Assembly: GCA_016187035.1 (NCBI GenBank)
Contig: JACPKL010000008.1
Location: 35,990 to 99,989, forward strand
DNA from: Candidatus Daviesbacteria bacterium
GTDB taxonomy: Bacteria > Patescibacteriota > Microgenomatia > Daviesbacterales > UBA10151
Length of the DNA: 64,000 nucleotides
Direction: 5' to 3'
In this document: positions 50,186 through 59,636 of the stretch, one piece after another
Layout of the letters: every line of letters starts with the position of its first letter
Numbering within the stretch: the first letter of the stretch is position 1
Notes under the pieces: generated by a model
What the model was told of the DNA's origin: nothing
The model's database searches: none
What the model saw: the letters and a program-made list of their open reading frames with translations, nothing else
Made by a program: the position numbers and the translations under genes

Positions 50186-51262
50186 ATGAATAATGTAGTT
50201 TATCTGTTAGCGCTACATTCTATTGATGGCCTTGGGCCAATAAGACTTAAGGCAATTATTGATTATTTTAAAGATCCAAAACTAGCTTGGGAAGCGAAGG
50301 CAGAAGAAGTCAGAAACTTAGGATTACCACAAAATGTAATAAATCTTTTTCTGGAAACCAGAAAGAGATTGGATCCAGAAAGTTATGCACAGTCAATTAA
50401 AAATTCTGGTATTAACTGGGTAACAATTTTTGATGATGATTATTCAAGTCTTTTAAGGCAAATATATGACCCGCCAATAGTTTTATATTACAAGGGAAAA
50501 ATAAAAAACTGGAATAACCCGGCTATAGCTATAGTAGGAAGCAGGAAAATGACTGGATATGGCAGGGTAGTGACTGAAAGATTTACCAAAGAACTGGTTG
50601 CTTCTGGGTTAACTATTGTTTCTGGGTTGGCTAGAGGAGTAGATGCTAAGGCTCACTGGACAGCAGTTAAAGAAAAAGGTCAAACTCTGGCTGTTTTAGG
50701 AGGTGGTTTAAATCAAATATATCCTCCGGAAAACAGACAACTGGCAGAAGAAATTGAACAGCAGGGGGCTGTGATTTCTGAGTTTCCTCCTGACTACCCA
50801 TCACTTCCGGGTAATTTTCCCCAAAGAAATAGAATTATTGCTGGATTATCAAAAGCAGTATTAGTAACTGAAGCAGCTTCAGATTCTGGTTCTTTAATTA
50901 CTGCAAGGTTAGCTGTAGAAGGAGGTAGGGAGGTTTTTGCTGTACCCGGTCCTATCACCTCCTCTTTGTCTAAAGGACCAATTGATTTAATTAAAGCAGG
51001 AGCAAAGCCTATTTTTGAGCCTCAGGAGATTTTAGAGGAATTAGGAATTCAAAATAAGGTAAAAGCCACCTTTCATAAGGAACTACAACTTTCTGAGGAT
51101 GAAAGAAAAGTGTTAGAGTATTTAGGAGAAGAAAGCCATCATATTGATGAGATAGGCAGGATGTTAAGTTTTCCTGCTGCAAAGATTTCTGCAATTTTAT
51201 TAAAAATGGAGATTTCTGGCTTGGTGCAAGGTTTGGGTAGTGGTAATTATTGTAAATCTTGA
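50186..51262 (+). CDS. dprA: DNA-processing protein DprA
   Basis: GSRKMTGYG, GLARGVDAKAH, GSLITA. ATG 50186 is preferred over the track's TTG 50174. Confidence 0.85.
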   Translation: MNNVVYLLALHSIDGLGPIRLKAIIDYFKDPKLAWEAKAEEVRNLGLPQNVINLFLETRKRLDPESYAQSIKNSGINWVTIFDDDYSSLLRQIYDPPIVLYYKGKIKNWNNPAIAIVGSRKMTGYGRVVTERFTKELVASGLTIVSGLARGVDAKAHWTAVKEKGQTLAVLGGGLNQIYPPENRQLAEEIEQQGAVISEFPPDYPSLPGNFPQRNRIIAGLSKAVLVTEAASDSGSLITARLAVEGGREVFAVPGPITSSLSKGPIDLIKAGAKPIFEPQEILEELGIQNKVKATFHKELQLSEDERKVLEYLGEESHHIDEIGRMLSFPAAKISAILLKMEISGLVQGLGSGNYCKS

Positions 51263-51274
51263 TACCATAAAAGT

Positions 51275-51625
51275 ATGGACAAAAATTTTCTATTAATATT
51301 CTCCTTAATTGTAATTTTGCTGGCAGCTTATCTAACTTTGGCTTTCAATAATAATTTATCTCAAACTGTTTCCAAAAGCGGGATAGACACTGCTATCAAC
51401 CAATCTAAACATCTTTACAGGCAGGAGAAGGAAAAGGGCAGGGATTTTTCAAATGGACTATGTTTATCAGATGCTTTAATGCCTAATTGGGTAGTTGATA
51501 TTGTTCATGATCCAAGACTGCCTATTGATGATCTTGCAGAAAACCAATGTACTTCATACAGGGAAGGAAGGTCAAAGCATTTTGTGGAGCTGGATCTTGA
51601 TGGGAATTTGGTAAGGGCTAAATAA
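51275..51625 (+). CDS. TM-anchored hypothetical protein
   Basis: 116 aa with an N-terminal TM helix. No motif recognised. Confidence 0.5.
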   Translation: MDKNFLLIFSLIVILLAAYLTLAFNNNLSQTVSKSGIDTAINQSKHLYRQEKEKGRDFSNGLCLSDALMPNWVVDIVHDPRLPIDDLAENQCTSYREGRSKHFVELDLDGNLVRAK

Positions 51626-51640
51626 TGCTGACTTAAAATC

Positions 51641-54157
51641 GTGAAATACCTAATGCTGCCCATACATTTGATTGAATTTTGGTATCCGGAAGGGATTGCT
51701 TTTTTTATTAGAATTTGGAGAAACTTAATGCTTCTTTTAGAAGAAGATCTGGCAGTTGGTCTAATGCTGAAGCTTTTATTTGTACCTCTTTTCCATGATG
51801 CAACTATAGTTGGAAGAGTACTTAGCTTTCTTTTTAGGATAATCAGGATATTTATAGGAGTTTTTGCCTTTACTTTAGCTACTCTGATTCTTTTTTTAAT
51901 TGGAGGTTATTGGTTTTCTTTACCAGTTTTGGCTTTTTTTGATACACCGCCCTTAATGTCACGGATTTTATTTTTTTCAGGATCATCCCTTTTTCTCATC
52001 CACGTTTTTACTCATCCTCATAAGAAAGTTTGGTCGATCAGGTCTTCTGATAATCCAGAAGATATTTGGCAAGCTTGTCAAGTGAAGCCAAAAGATTTAA
52101 GTTTAAAGAAACTTTTATCTACTTTTGAAGTTTCGGATTTACTATCAAATTTGGAAGTTCAACTTAATGGTTTTCCTGATTTTGAAATTACTGATAAAGA
52201 TAAAACTATCAAAAAGGCTTTTGAACTGGCTAAGAATAGCAGCAGTAAGTATATAGGAGCCCGCCACTTTTTTGTAGCAGCGCTGTTTGAAATTCCTAAT
52301 ATAGACCAATTTTTATTAAAATTAGGCCTAATCCCAACTGATTTTGTAAAAGCTTTGTCTTTTTTAGAAAAAAAGAGACAGACTTGGAGAAGGGTTTGGA
52401 TCTGGGATGAAGATTTTGCAGTCCGCCATCTTAAAGGAGTAAATAGGGGATGGTTAGGTGCGCCAACTCCCCAATTAGATTTAGCGGGGGAGGATTTAAC
52501 TAAAAGTGCTGCAAAATCTGCTGACTCCGAATTCATTAGAACTAATACTGTAGTTTCTGATGTAGTTAATATTCTTTCTCAAACCTCTGGCAGGAATATT
52601 ATTTTAGTCGGACCTAGTGGTTGCGGCAAATCTGCTTTAATCAGGCATTTGGCTAAGATGATAGTTTTAGGTGATGCTCCGCCATCTTTAGCTACTAAGA
52701 GATTAGTGATGTTAGATCTGACAAAACTCTTATCAGGAATCAGCAATCAAGGAGAACTGGCATTAAGAGTTAAAAATATTTTTGAAGAAGTAGAATTTGC
52801 TCAAAATGTCATTATTGTAATTGAAGAAATTCACCAGTTAGGTATGGGAGAAGCAGGTAATAGTTTCAATTTATATTCTCTGATGCAGCCTTACATTGAA
52901 TCAAACACTTTTCAGTTCATTGGTATTACAGAATTAGAAAACTACTCTAAAATTTTGGAAAAAAATGCCTCTTTTGCAAGAAACTTTAGAAAAGTAGAAA
53001 TGCCGCCAGCCACAGAAGTTGAGACTCTGGATATATTGGAATATAGAAGTATTGACACAGAAAGGAAAAGCAAAACCAAGGTAACTTTTATTGCTTTAAA
53101 GGAAGCTATCGAACTTTCCAAAAAATTTATCAAGGATAGAGTATTACCTGACAGCGCTATTTCAGTTATCAAAGAGGCGGTAGTTCAAGCTGCTAATGGA
53201 TGGGTAACCAAGGGAGTGGTAAAGAGAGTTGTTTCCTCAAGAGTGAAGATACCTTTACTGGAAGTTGGAACTGTCCAAAAGGATAAACTATTAAACTTGG
53301 AGTCAGAAATACACAAAATAATGATTGACCAGGAGCAAGCAGTAAAAGTGATTTCAGATACATTAAGACGATCTGTAGTCGGGCTTAGAGAGGAAGCTAG
53401 ACCAATTGGCTCATTTTTATTTGTAGGCCCAACCGGAGTTGGTAAAACTGAAATGGCTAAAACCTTAGCCCAGGTATATTTTGGAGACAAGGATACTTTT
53501 ATCAGGTTTGATATGTCTGAATACCAGAATCCCGAGTCTGTGGCTAGGTTAATAGGAAAGGACGGGGAAGGTGGTTTATTAACAGAGGCTGTCAGAAACA
53601 GACCCTATGCTTTAATTCTTTTAGATGAGTTTGAAAAAGCTAATGAAAAAATATTAACTTTGTTTTTACAGGTACTAGATGATGGGAGATTAACTGATGG
53701 TATGGGTAGAACTATCGGTTTTGAAAATACTATTATAATTGCCACTTCTAATATTGGGTCGCTTCTAATTGCTCAGGGTCTGCAAAGTGGGAAAGGTATG
53801 GATGAGATTGAAAGATGGGTGAATGATGAGATGTTAAAAGTTTTAAGGCCAGAGTTGGTTAACCGTTTTGACGATATAATCATTTTTAAACCACTCTCTG
53901 AAGGAGATTTAGGAAAAATTGTTGCTTTAAAACTAAAGGTATTACAGGATCAGATGAGACAAAAGGGGTTTGTAATAGAGTTTACTCCGCAACTAGTTGC
54001 AGAATTAGGAAAGAGAGGTTTTGATCCGGTTCTAGGAGCAAGACCCTTAAGAAGATTAATCCAAGATACCCTGGAAGCTGAGTTATCTAAACTTATCTTA
54101 GAAAATAAACTATCCAAAGGCCAACCATTTGAAGCAGGAGTGGAGCTGTTGGGATGA
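51641..54157 (+). CDS. Membrane-anchored double-AAA+ Clp/Hsp100-family ATPase (no N-domain, no M-domain seen)
   Basis: N-terminal about 130 aa with 3-4 TM helices. D1 has GPSGCGKSAL and IIVIEEIH. D2 has GPTGVGKTEMAKTLA, ILLDEFEKA and RPELVNRFD. Confidence 0.8.
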   Translation: MKYLMLPIHLIEFWYPEGIAFFIRIWRNLMLLLEEDLAVGLMLKLLFVPLFHDATIVGRVLSFLFRIIRIFIGVFAFTLATLILFLIGGYWFSLPVLAFFDTPPLMSRILFFSGSSLFLIHVFTHPHKKVWSIRSSDNPEDIWQACQVKPKDLSLKKLLSTFEVSDLLSNLEVQLNGFPDFEITDKDKTIKKAFELAKNSSSKYIGARHFFVAALFEIPNIDQFLLKLGLIPTDFVKALSFLEKKRQTWRRVWIWDEDFAVRHLKGVNRGWLGAPTPQLDLAGEDLTKSAAKSADSEFIRTNTVVSDVVNILSQTSGRNIILVGPSGCGKSALIRHLAKMIVLGDAPPSLATKRLVMLDLTKLLSGISNQGELALRVKNIFEEVEFAQNVIIVIEEIHQLGMGEAGNSFNLYSLMQPYIESNTFQFIGITELENYSKILEKNASFARNFRKVEMPPATEVETLDILEYRSIDTERKSKTKVTFIALKEAIELSKKFIKDRVLPDSAISVIKEAVVQAANGWVTKGVVKRVVSSRVKIPLLEVGTVQKDKLLNLESEIHKIMIDQEQAVKVISDTLRRSVVGLREEARPIGSFLFVGPTGVGKTEMAKTLAQVYFGDKDTFIRFDMSEYQNPESVARLIGKDGEGGLLTEAVRNRPYALILLDEFEKANEKILTLFLQVLDDGRLTDGMGRTIGFENTIIIATSNIGSLLIAQGLQSGKGMDEIERWVNDEMLKVLRPELVNRFDDIIIFKPLSEGDLGKIVALKLKVLQDQMRQKGFVIEFTPQLVAELGKRGFDPVLGARPLRRLIQDTLEAELSKLILENKLSKGQPFEAGVELLG

Positions 54158-54501
54158 TAACTTTATTAGCCTTTATAGTATTTGCCCAATCAATTACTTT
54201 GGATCAGGTAAACCAAAAGGTCAGTGACAGGTTTGAGGAAGATGTGTTTAAGATGGCTGCAATTATGGAGCAGGTCAGGGAGAGAAAAGGTATTACAGAA
54301 ACAAGAGTTGCTTTTGGGGGTTCTGATACACCAATCAAGCAGGCTGATTATTGGGTCAATTTTGCAGCAGAAGCAGTTGCATATCAAAGGGTGCAGAAAT
54401 ATTCTTCTAAAAGTCAACTAAGATCCAGCCTGGAAATATTAAAAAATAAGCTGTTGCAGGCCAAAAGTAAGGTAAGAAAGGCTTTAGTTGATATACAGTA
54501 A
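54154..54501 (+). CDS. Small secreted/TM-anchored hypothetical protein
   Basis: 115 aa. ATGA overlap with the ATPase gene. Confidence 0.5.
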   Translation: MITLLAFIVFAQSITLDQVNQKVSDRFEEDVFKMAAIMEQVRERKGITETRVAFGGSDTPIKQADYWVNFAAEAVAYQRVQKYSSKSQLRSSLEILKNKLLQAKSKVRKALVDIQ

Positions 54502-54733
54502 ACATACATTGTTAACAGTCGTATTAGTAATATTACTGGCAACAATTTTAACGATCGCATTTTTTGTTTCCAAGTTTGCACATCCAATAAAAACAGTATT
54601 GGTAAATCCATCATTGGTGAGTTCATCCTCACCGGTACCTACTCCTAAACAATACCAATTTGATGTTTCCACTGATTTAAAACAGGAACTTGAATCTATT
54701 AACCCCCAGGTTTTAGATAGCGATTTTGAATAA
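54488..54733 (+). CDS. Small TM-anchored hypothetical protein
   Basis: 81 aa, TTG start, TM segment LLTVVLVILLATILTIAFFV. Overlaps the upstream gene by 14 nt. Confidence 0.4.
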   Translation: MIYSKHTLLTVVLVILLATILTIAFFVSKFAHPIKTVLVNPSLVSSSSPVPTPKQYQFDVSTDLKQELESINPQVLDSDFE

Positions 54734-54787
54734 GTTTAAAAACGTAATACTTGACAGGTGGGTTAAAATCCCTTTAAGGTTAAACAT

Positions 54788-56815
54788 ATGCAGAATTTAG
54801 TTGTAGTGGAAAGCCCTACGAAGGCCCGCACGCTACAGAAATTTCTTGGAGATAAATATCAAATCGAAGCTTCAATGGGACATATTAGGGATTTGCCAAA
54901 GTCTGACTTTGGGGTAGATATTCTTCATGATTTTGAGCCACAATATGTTATCCCTCGCGATAAAAGGAAGAAAGCATTTGAGTTAAAAAGAATAGCTAAT
55001 AAGGCTCAGACTTTATATTTGGCAACAGATCCTGATCGGGAAGGTGAGGCTATAGCCTGGCATATAGCAGAGTTGCTACGCAATTCTGAACTCAAAACTC
55101 AAAACTCAAAAGTGAAAAGTGAAAACATAAGACGTGTGGTTTTTCATGAAATCACAGAAGAGGCTATTAAAGAAGCATTTAAGCATCCTAGAGAACTAAA
55201 CATGCAGCTGGTTGATGCCCAGCAAGCCAGAAGAGTATTGGACAGGCTGGTTGGTTATAAACTGTCTCCTTTGCTTTGGCAAAAAGTTAGAAAAGGTTTA
55301 TCAGCAGGAAGGGTGCAGTCTGTAGCTTTAAGGTTAATTGCAGAAAGGGAAAGGGAGATCCAGGCATTTAAAGCAGTGGAGTATTGGGTTATTGAAGCAG
55401 AGCTGCAGGCAGAAAAGGGGATGTTTTTAGCCACCTTAATTGAATTAAATGATAAAAAATTAGAAATTAAAAATGAGCAGGAAGCTAAAACCCATGTATC
55501 CAATTTAGAAAAAGCAAATTACATTGTAGAAAAGGTTATTCAAAGGCAGGTCCGCCGTTACCCTTATCCTCCATTTACCACTTCTACCTTGCAGCAAACT
55601 GCAGCCAATAGACTTGGTATGTCAGCAAAAAAAACCATGATGTTAGCCCAAGCTTTATATGAAAGAGGATTAATTACTTATATGAGGACAGATTCTGTTA
55701 ATTTATCCGTTCAGGCAGTTGGGTCTGTTAGATTATATATTGAAAATTATATTGGTAAGTCTTACATACCAAATACTCCCAGGATTTTTAAATCTAAATC
55801 CAAAAACGCCCAGGAAGCCCATGAGGCGATACGTCCTACGGACGTCAAATTCGAAATTCGAAATGTTTCGCAACGCAAAACTGTCCTCGGCAGAGCGAAA
55901 TTCGAAAATTCTTTAAATAGGGATCATTTAAGGCTTTATGATTTGATTTGGAAAAGGTTTGTAGCCTGCCAGATGAGTGAGGCATTAATTGATCAGACTA
56001 CGGTTGATGTAAAAGCAGCTGAATATTTACTGAGAGCCACAGGCAGTGTGATTAAATTTGAAGGTTGGCTTAAGTTATATGAAAAAGATTTAGAAGATAA
56101 AGAGGAAAAGAAACAAGTATTACCAAACTTATCAGAAGATCAGAACCTTAATTTAAATAAACTTTTACCTACACAGCATTTTACAGAGCCTCCTCCAAGG
56201 TTTAATGAGGCTTCTTTAATAAAAAAATTAGAGGAACTTGGTATTGGCAGGCCTTCCACCTATGCACCTATTTTATCTACTATCCAGGAAAGGTTTTATG
56301 TTGAGAAAATGGAGCGGAAATTTGTCCCAACCGCCTTAGGGTTTGCTGTAATTGATTTTTTACTAAAATATTTTCCGGATGTTTTCGACTATTCTTTTAC
56401 TGCCCGGATGGAAAATGAGCTGGACGATATTTCAAGAGGGGAGAGACAGTGGAAACCAACTATAAGAGAGTTTTATGGGCCTTTTGAGAAAAAATTAGAA
56501 GAAGTAGTAAAAACAGCAGAAAAAGTTAAAATGGAAGTTACTTTAGCCGGTAAAAAATGTCCAAAGTGTGATAAGGATTTAATAATCAGAATAGGCAGGT
56601 TTGGCAAGTTTTTAGCATGCTCGTCTTTTCCTGAGTGTAAGCATACAGAAAGCTTGGAAGAAAAGGTTAATGTCAGATGCCCGACAGACGCAGGAGAGGT
56701 TGTTATTAGAAAAACCAGGCGCGGTAAAACTTTTTATGGCTGCAAAAACTGGCCTGGTTGTAAGTTTGCCTCTTGGACCAAGCCAAAAAGCCCGTCAGTT
56801 GACACTAAAGCCTAA
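54788..56815 (+). CDS. topA: DNA topoisomerase I
   Basis: VVVESPTKA, DPDREGEAIAWH, YMRTDS, EAHEAIRPT. C-terminal Cys4 zinc ribbons (CPKCDK...CSSFPEC). Confidence 0.95.
   Translation: MQNLVVVESPTKARTLQKFLGDKYQIEASMGHIRDLPKSDFGVDILHDFEPQYVIPRDKRKKAFELKRIANKAQTLYLATDPDREGEAIAWHIAELLRNSELKTQNSKVKSENIRRVVFHEITEEAIKEAFKHPRELNMQLVDAQQARRVLDRLVGYKLSPLLWQKVRKGLSAGRVQSVALRLIAEREREIQAFKAVEYWVIEAELQAEKGMFLATLIELNDKKLEIKNEQEAKTHVSNLEKANYIVEKVIQRQVRRYPYPPFTTSTLQQTAANRLGMSAKKTMMLAQALYERGLITYMRTDSVNLSVQAVGSVRLYIENYIGKSYIPNTPRIFKSKSKNAQEAHEAIRPTDVKFEIRNVSQRKTVLGRAKFENSLNRDHLRLYDLIWKRFVACQMSEALIDQTTVDVKAAEYLLRATGSVIKFEGWLKLYEKDLEDKEEKKQVLPNLSEDQNLNLNKLLPTQHFTEPPPRFNEASLIKKLEELGIGRPSTYAPILSTIQERFYVEKMERKFVPTALGFAVIDFLLKYFPDVFDYSFTARMENELDDISRGERQWKPTIREFYGPFEKKLEEVVKTAEKVKMEVTLAGKKCPKCDKDLIIRIGRFGKFLACSSFPECKHTESLEEKVNVRCPTDAGEVVIRKTRRGKTFYGCKNWPGCKFASWTKPKSPSVDTKA
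55085..55126 (+). repeat. Heptanucleotide array tcaaaac/tgaaaag, six units = 42 nt = 14 codons, in frame in topA
   Basis: tctgaac tcaaaac tcaaaac tcaaaag tgaaaag tgaaaac. Translated SELKTQNSKVKSEN. Confidence 0.95.
55844..55912 (+). repeat. 69-nt cgaaatt-type repeat block, in frame in topA directly after EAHEAIRPT
   Basis: cgaaattcgaaa at 55852-63 and 55896-907 brackets tgtttcgcaacgcaaaactgtcctcggcagag. Translated VKFEIRNVSQRKTVLGRAKFENS (23 codons). Confidence 0.8.
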
Positions 56816-56872
56816 TTTTAGTATGATGATGAGGGCCTCAAATTCCCCCAAGAGCAGAATTGTCCAAAACAA

Positions 56873-58522
56873 ATGAAGTACATTTTTGTTAGTGGTGGTG
56901 TAATAAGTGGAATTGGCAAAGGCACAACAGCTGCCTCTATTGCTTTCCTTCTTAAATCTGCTGGTTTACGAGTTGCCCCTATTAAATTTGAAAATTACCT
57001 TAATTTAGACGCCGGCACAATTAACCCTATTGAACATGGTGATCCATTCCTTTGTGAAGACGGGACTGAAGCTGATATGGATATTGGCACTTATGAAAAG
57101 TTCTTGAATGAGGATATGGGTAAAGACAACTTTGTCACTATGGGCAGAATTTACCAATCAGTCATAGAAAGAGAAAGAAGGTTTGAATATAACGGTGAAG
57201 ATGTGGAAGCTATTCCTCATCTAACCAATGAAATTATAGGCAGAATAAAAAATCTTGGCAGATTAAAAAAAGCTGATATTGTCATTATAGAATTAGGTGG
57301 AACAGCAGGGGAATATCAAAATGTCTTCTATTATGAAGCATCCAGGATTATGACTTTGGCAAACAGGGGGGATGTTTTGCATATTCATGTTTCTTATGTG
57401 CCTACACCGCGCCATCTGGGAGAGCCAAAAACAAAACCTACCCAATTATCTGTCAGGACATTAAACTCTTTAGGGATTCAGCCTGATTTTGTGATTACCC
57501 GCTCAGAAAAATATTTAGACCAAAGAAGAAGGGAAAGATTTGCCTTATTTTGTAATATGAGGCCGGAGGATATTATCTCCAATCCGGATCTTTCATCTGT
57601 TTACGAAATTCCCTTAGTTTTGCATAAGCAGAATCTGGAAGAAAGAATACTGCAAAAACTAGGGTTGAAACTAAGAAAGCCTGACCTAAAGTCTTGGGAA
57701 AAACTGGTTGAGAAAATTCACACTAAGAAAGACAAGGGAATTGAAATTGCCATAGTGGGTAAGTATTTTGGCACAGGAGATTATCAGCTGAAAGATTCTT
57801 ATGCAGCTTTATTTGACGCTATAGACCATGCCTGTTATTCCATAGGGGTAGGAGTAAAAACTAAATGGGTTGATGCGGAGAAAGTTGAGAGAGAAGGGGC
57901 GGAGATTATAGGTAAACCGGATGGGATAATTGTGCCAATTGGCTGGGGAGAAAGAGGCTCTGAAGGGATGATTGCAGGAGCCTCGTATGCCAGAAAGCAT
58001 TTAGTTCCTTATCTGGGTTTATGTTATGGGATGCAGCTGGCTGTTATTGCATATGCACGGGATATTTTAGGTTGGCAAGATGCAGATACAACAGAGAATA
58101 ATTCTAAAACTACGCATCCGGTGATTGATTTAATACCAAAACAAAAAGAGTATATGGAAAGAAGGGCTTATGGGGGTACTATGAGATTAGGCGCCTGGGA
58201 TGCAACTGTTAAAAAAGGAACCAGGGCTTTTGAAATATATCAGCAAGCTGGAAGCTTCGCTTCTCAAACCCAGCATACCTCAGAAAGACACAGGCACAGA
58301 TATGAGTTTAATAATAAATATGCTAAGGATTTTGAAAATAATGGTTTGGTGATTAGCGCCAGGTCAGTTGCAGAAAATCTGGTAGAGATAATAGAACTGC
58401 CTAAAGATGTACATCCATTTTATATGGGCACCCAGGGCCACCCTGAATATAAATCAAGACCGCTTTCTCCCCACCCCATCTTTTTAGCCTTTATTAAAGC
58501 CACCTCTGAAAACAAAAAATAA
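56873..58522 (+). CDS. pyrG: CTP synthase
   Basis: MKYIFVSGGVISGIGKG. GATase domain GLCYGMQ, HRHRYE. Confidence 0.95.
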   Translation: MKYIFVSGGVISGIGKGTTAASIAFLLKSAGLRVAPIKFENYLNLDAGTINPIEHGDPFLCEDGTEADMDIGTYEKFLNEDMGKDNFVTMGRIYQSVIERERRFEYNGEDVEAIPHLTNEIIGRIKNLGRLKKADIVIIELGGTAGEYQNVFYYEASRIMTLANRGDVLHIHVSYVPTPRHLGEPKTKPTQLSVRTLNSLGIQPDFVITRSEKYLDQRRRERFALFCNMRPEDIISNPDLSSVYEIPLVLHKQNLEERILQKLGLKLRKPDLKSWEKLVEKIHTKKDKGIEIAIVGKYFGTGDYQLKDSYAALFDAIDHACYSIGVGVKTKWVDAEKVEREGAEIIGKPDGIIVPIGWGERGSEGMIAGASYARKHLVPYLGLCYGMQLAVIAYARDILGWQDADTTENNSKTTHPVIDLIPKQKEYMERRAYGGTMRLGAWDATVKKGTRAFEIYQQAGSFASQTQHTSERHRHRYEFNNKYAKDFENNGLVISARSVAENLVEIIELPKDVHPFYMGTQGHPEYKSRPLSPHPIFLAFIKATSENKK

Positions 58523-58904
58523 TTCCTTCTATTTTTGATACTATTAAGATATGCAAAAAGGATATACTCGAATTCTTATCTTCTTTGTAACCATTTTATT
58601 ATTGAGTAGTTTTGTGTATATTAAAAAAGAATGGTAAGGTTATTGTCCTTATCTATCCTGGCAGATGGGGTACTGAAGGACCAACATATACAGAAAAAGA
58701 ACCTTTATATATTAGATGAAGTTATCTGTGATCGAGTAGCTTCCACGATAAGATTTACTTCTAAAGAAAAGACATGATGTTAAAAGAATCCAAAGGTCTT
58801 TGCATGGAGTATCTGAATCTTAAAAAGAAAAAAGAAGCCATTTATTGCTTGCTATTCAGAAAATGGGCTAGAAATTATCCATTGATCTGTTATTATTAGT
58901 GCTG

Positions 58905-59621
58905 ATGGATAAAGGATTGCTAATTGTTATAGATGGAATTGATGGGGCTGGCAAGACTACCCAAGTTGAGCTTTTAAAACAGTCTTTAGCCTCGCAAGGT
59001 CGGATTTGGGAGGCTATCAGTTTCCCAAGGTATGAGGATAATTTGTATGGCAAATTAATTAAAAGATATTTGGAAGGGGAATTTGGGAATATAAATGAAG
59101 TTAATCCATATTTGATGGCTCCTATCTTTGCTGGAGATAGGATCTTAGCAAAGCCTCTGATAGAAGTTTGGTTGAGTACTGGGAAATTAGTTATTGCTAA
59201 CAGATATGTTTCTGCCAGTAAAGCCCATCTTGGAGCTCACCTCGAAGTCTTCGACCCTGAGGCTCAGACCCGAAGGGGTGAAAAAATGCGATTACACCTT
59301 CGAGGTGTGCATTATCAAAGAGAAAACTTTATGAGATGGTTAGATAAGTTAGAATATGAAACTAATGGATTACCTAAACCAGATTTAACAATTCTCTTGG
59401 ATGTTGATCCAAAGGTAGGACAACATAATGTCCAGGATAAAAATGTTAAAGATATCCATGAAGATAGTATTAAACACTTGGAAGAGGCAGCTAAAATTTA
59501 TCTGGAGCTTGCCCAAGCTGAGCCAAATTGGCAGGTTGTAAACTGCATGATTTCTGATAAGATGAGAAGCAAAGAAGATATCCATAAAGAAATAACTGCC
59601 CTAATTGATAGATTAGTATGA
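58905..59621 (+). CDS. tmk: Thymidylate kinase
   Basis: LIVIDGIDGAGKTTQ (P-loop), NRYVSAS, PDLTILLDVDP. ATG 58905 is preferred over the track's GTG 58899. Confidence 0.85.
   Translation: MDKGLLIVIDGIDGAGKTTQVELLKQSLASQGRIWEAISFPRYEDNLYGKLIKRYLEGEFGNINEVNPYLMAPIFAGDRILAKPLIEVWLSTGKLVIANRYVSASKAHLGAHLEVFDPEAQTRRGEKMRLHLRGVHYQRENFMRWLDKLEYETNGLPKPDLTILLDVDPKVGQHNVQDKNVKDIHEDSIKHLEEAAKIYLELAQAEPNWQVVNCMISDKMRSKEDIHKEITALIDRLV
59238..59307 (+). repeat. Second copy of the 13-bp-stem hairpin element, carrying a nested 30-nt insertion, in frame in tmk
   Basis: cacctcgaag [tcttcgaccctgaggctcagacccgaaggg] gtgaaaaaatgcgattacaccttcgaggtg. Translated HLEVFDPEAQTRRGEKMRLHLRG. Confidence 0.9.
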
Positions 59622-59636
59622 CTATTAGGAAATTAG

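Noticed and set aside
3306-59307. Inteins or self-splicing introns as explanation for the in-frame insertions
   Set aside because: The inserts are 36-105 nt and lack intein blocks (no Cys/Ser...His-Asn-Cys junctions). They are too short and unstructured for group I or II introns. RNA-level removal cannot be excluded without transcript data.
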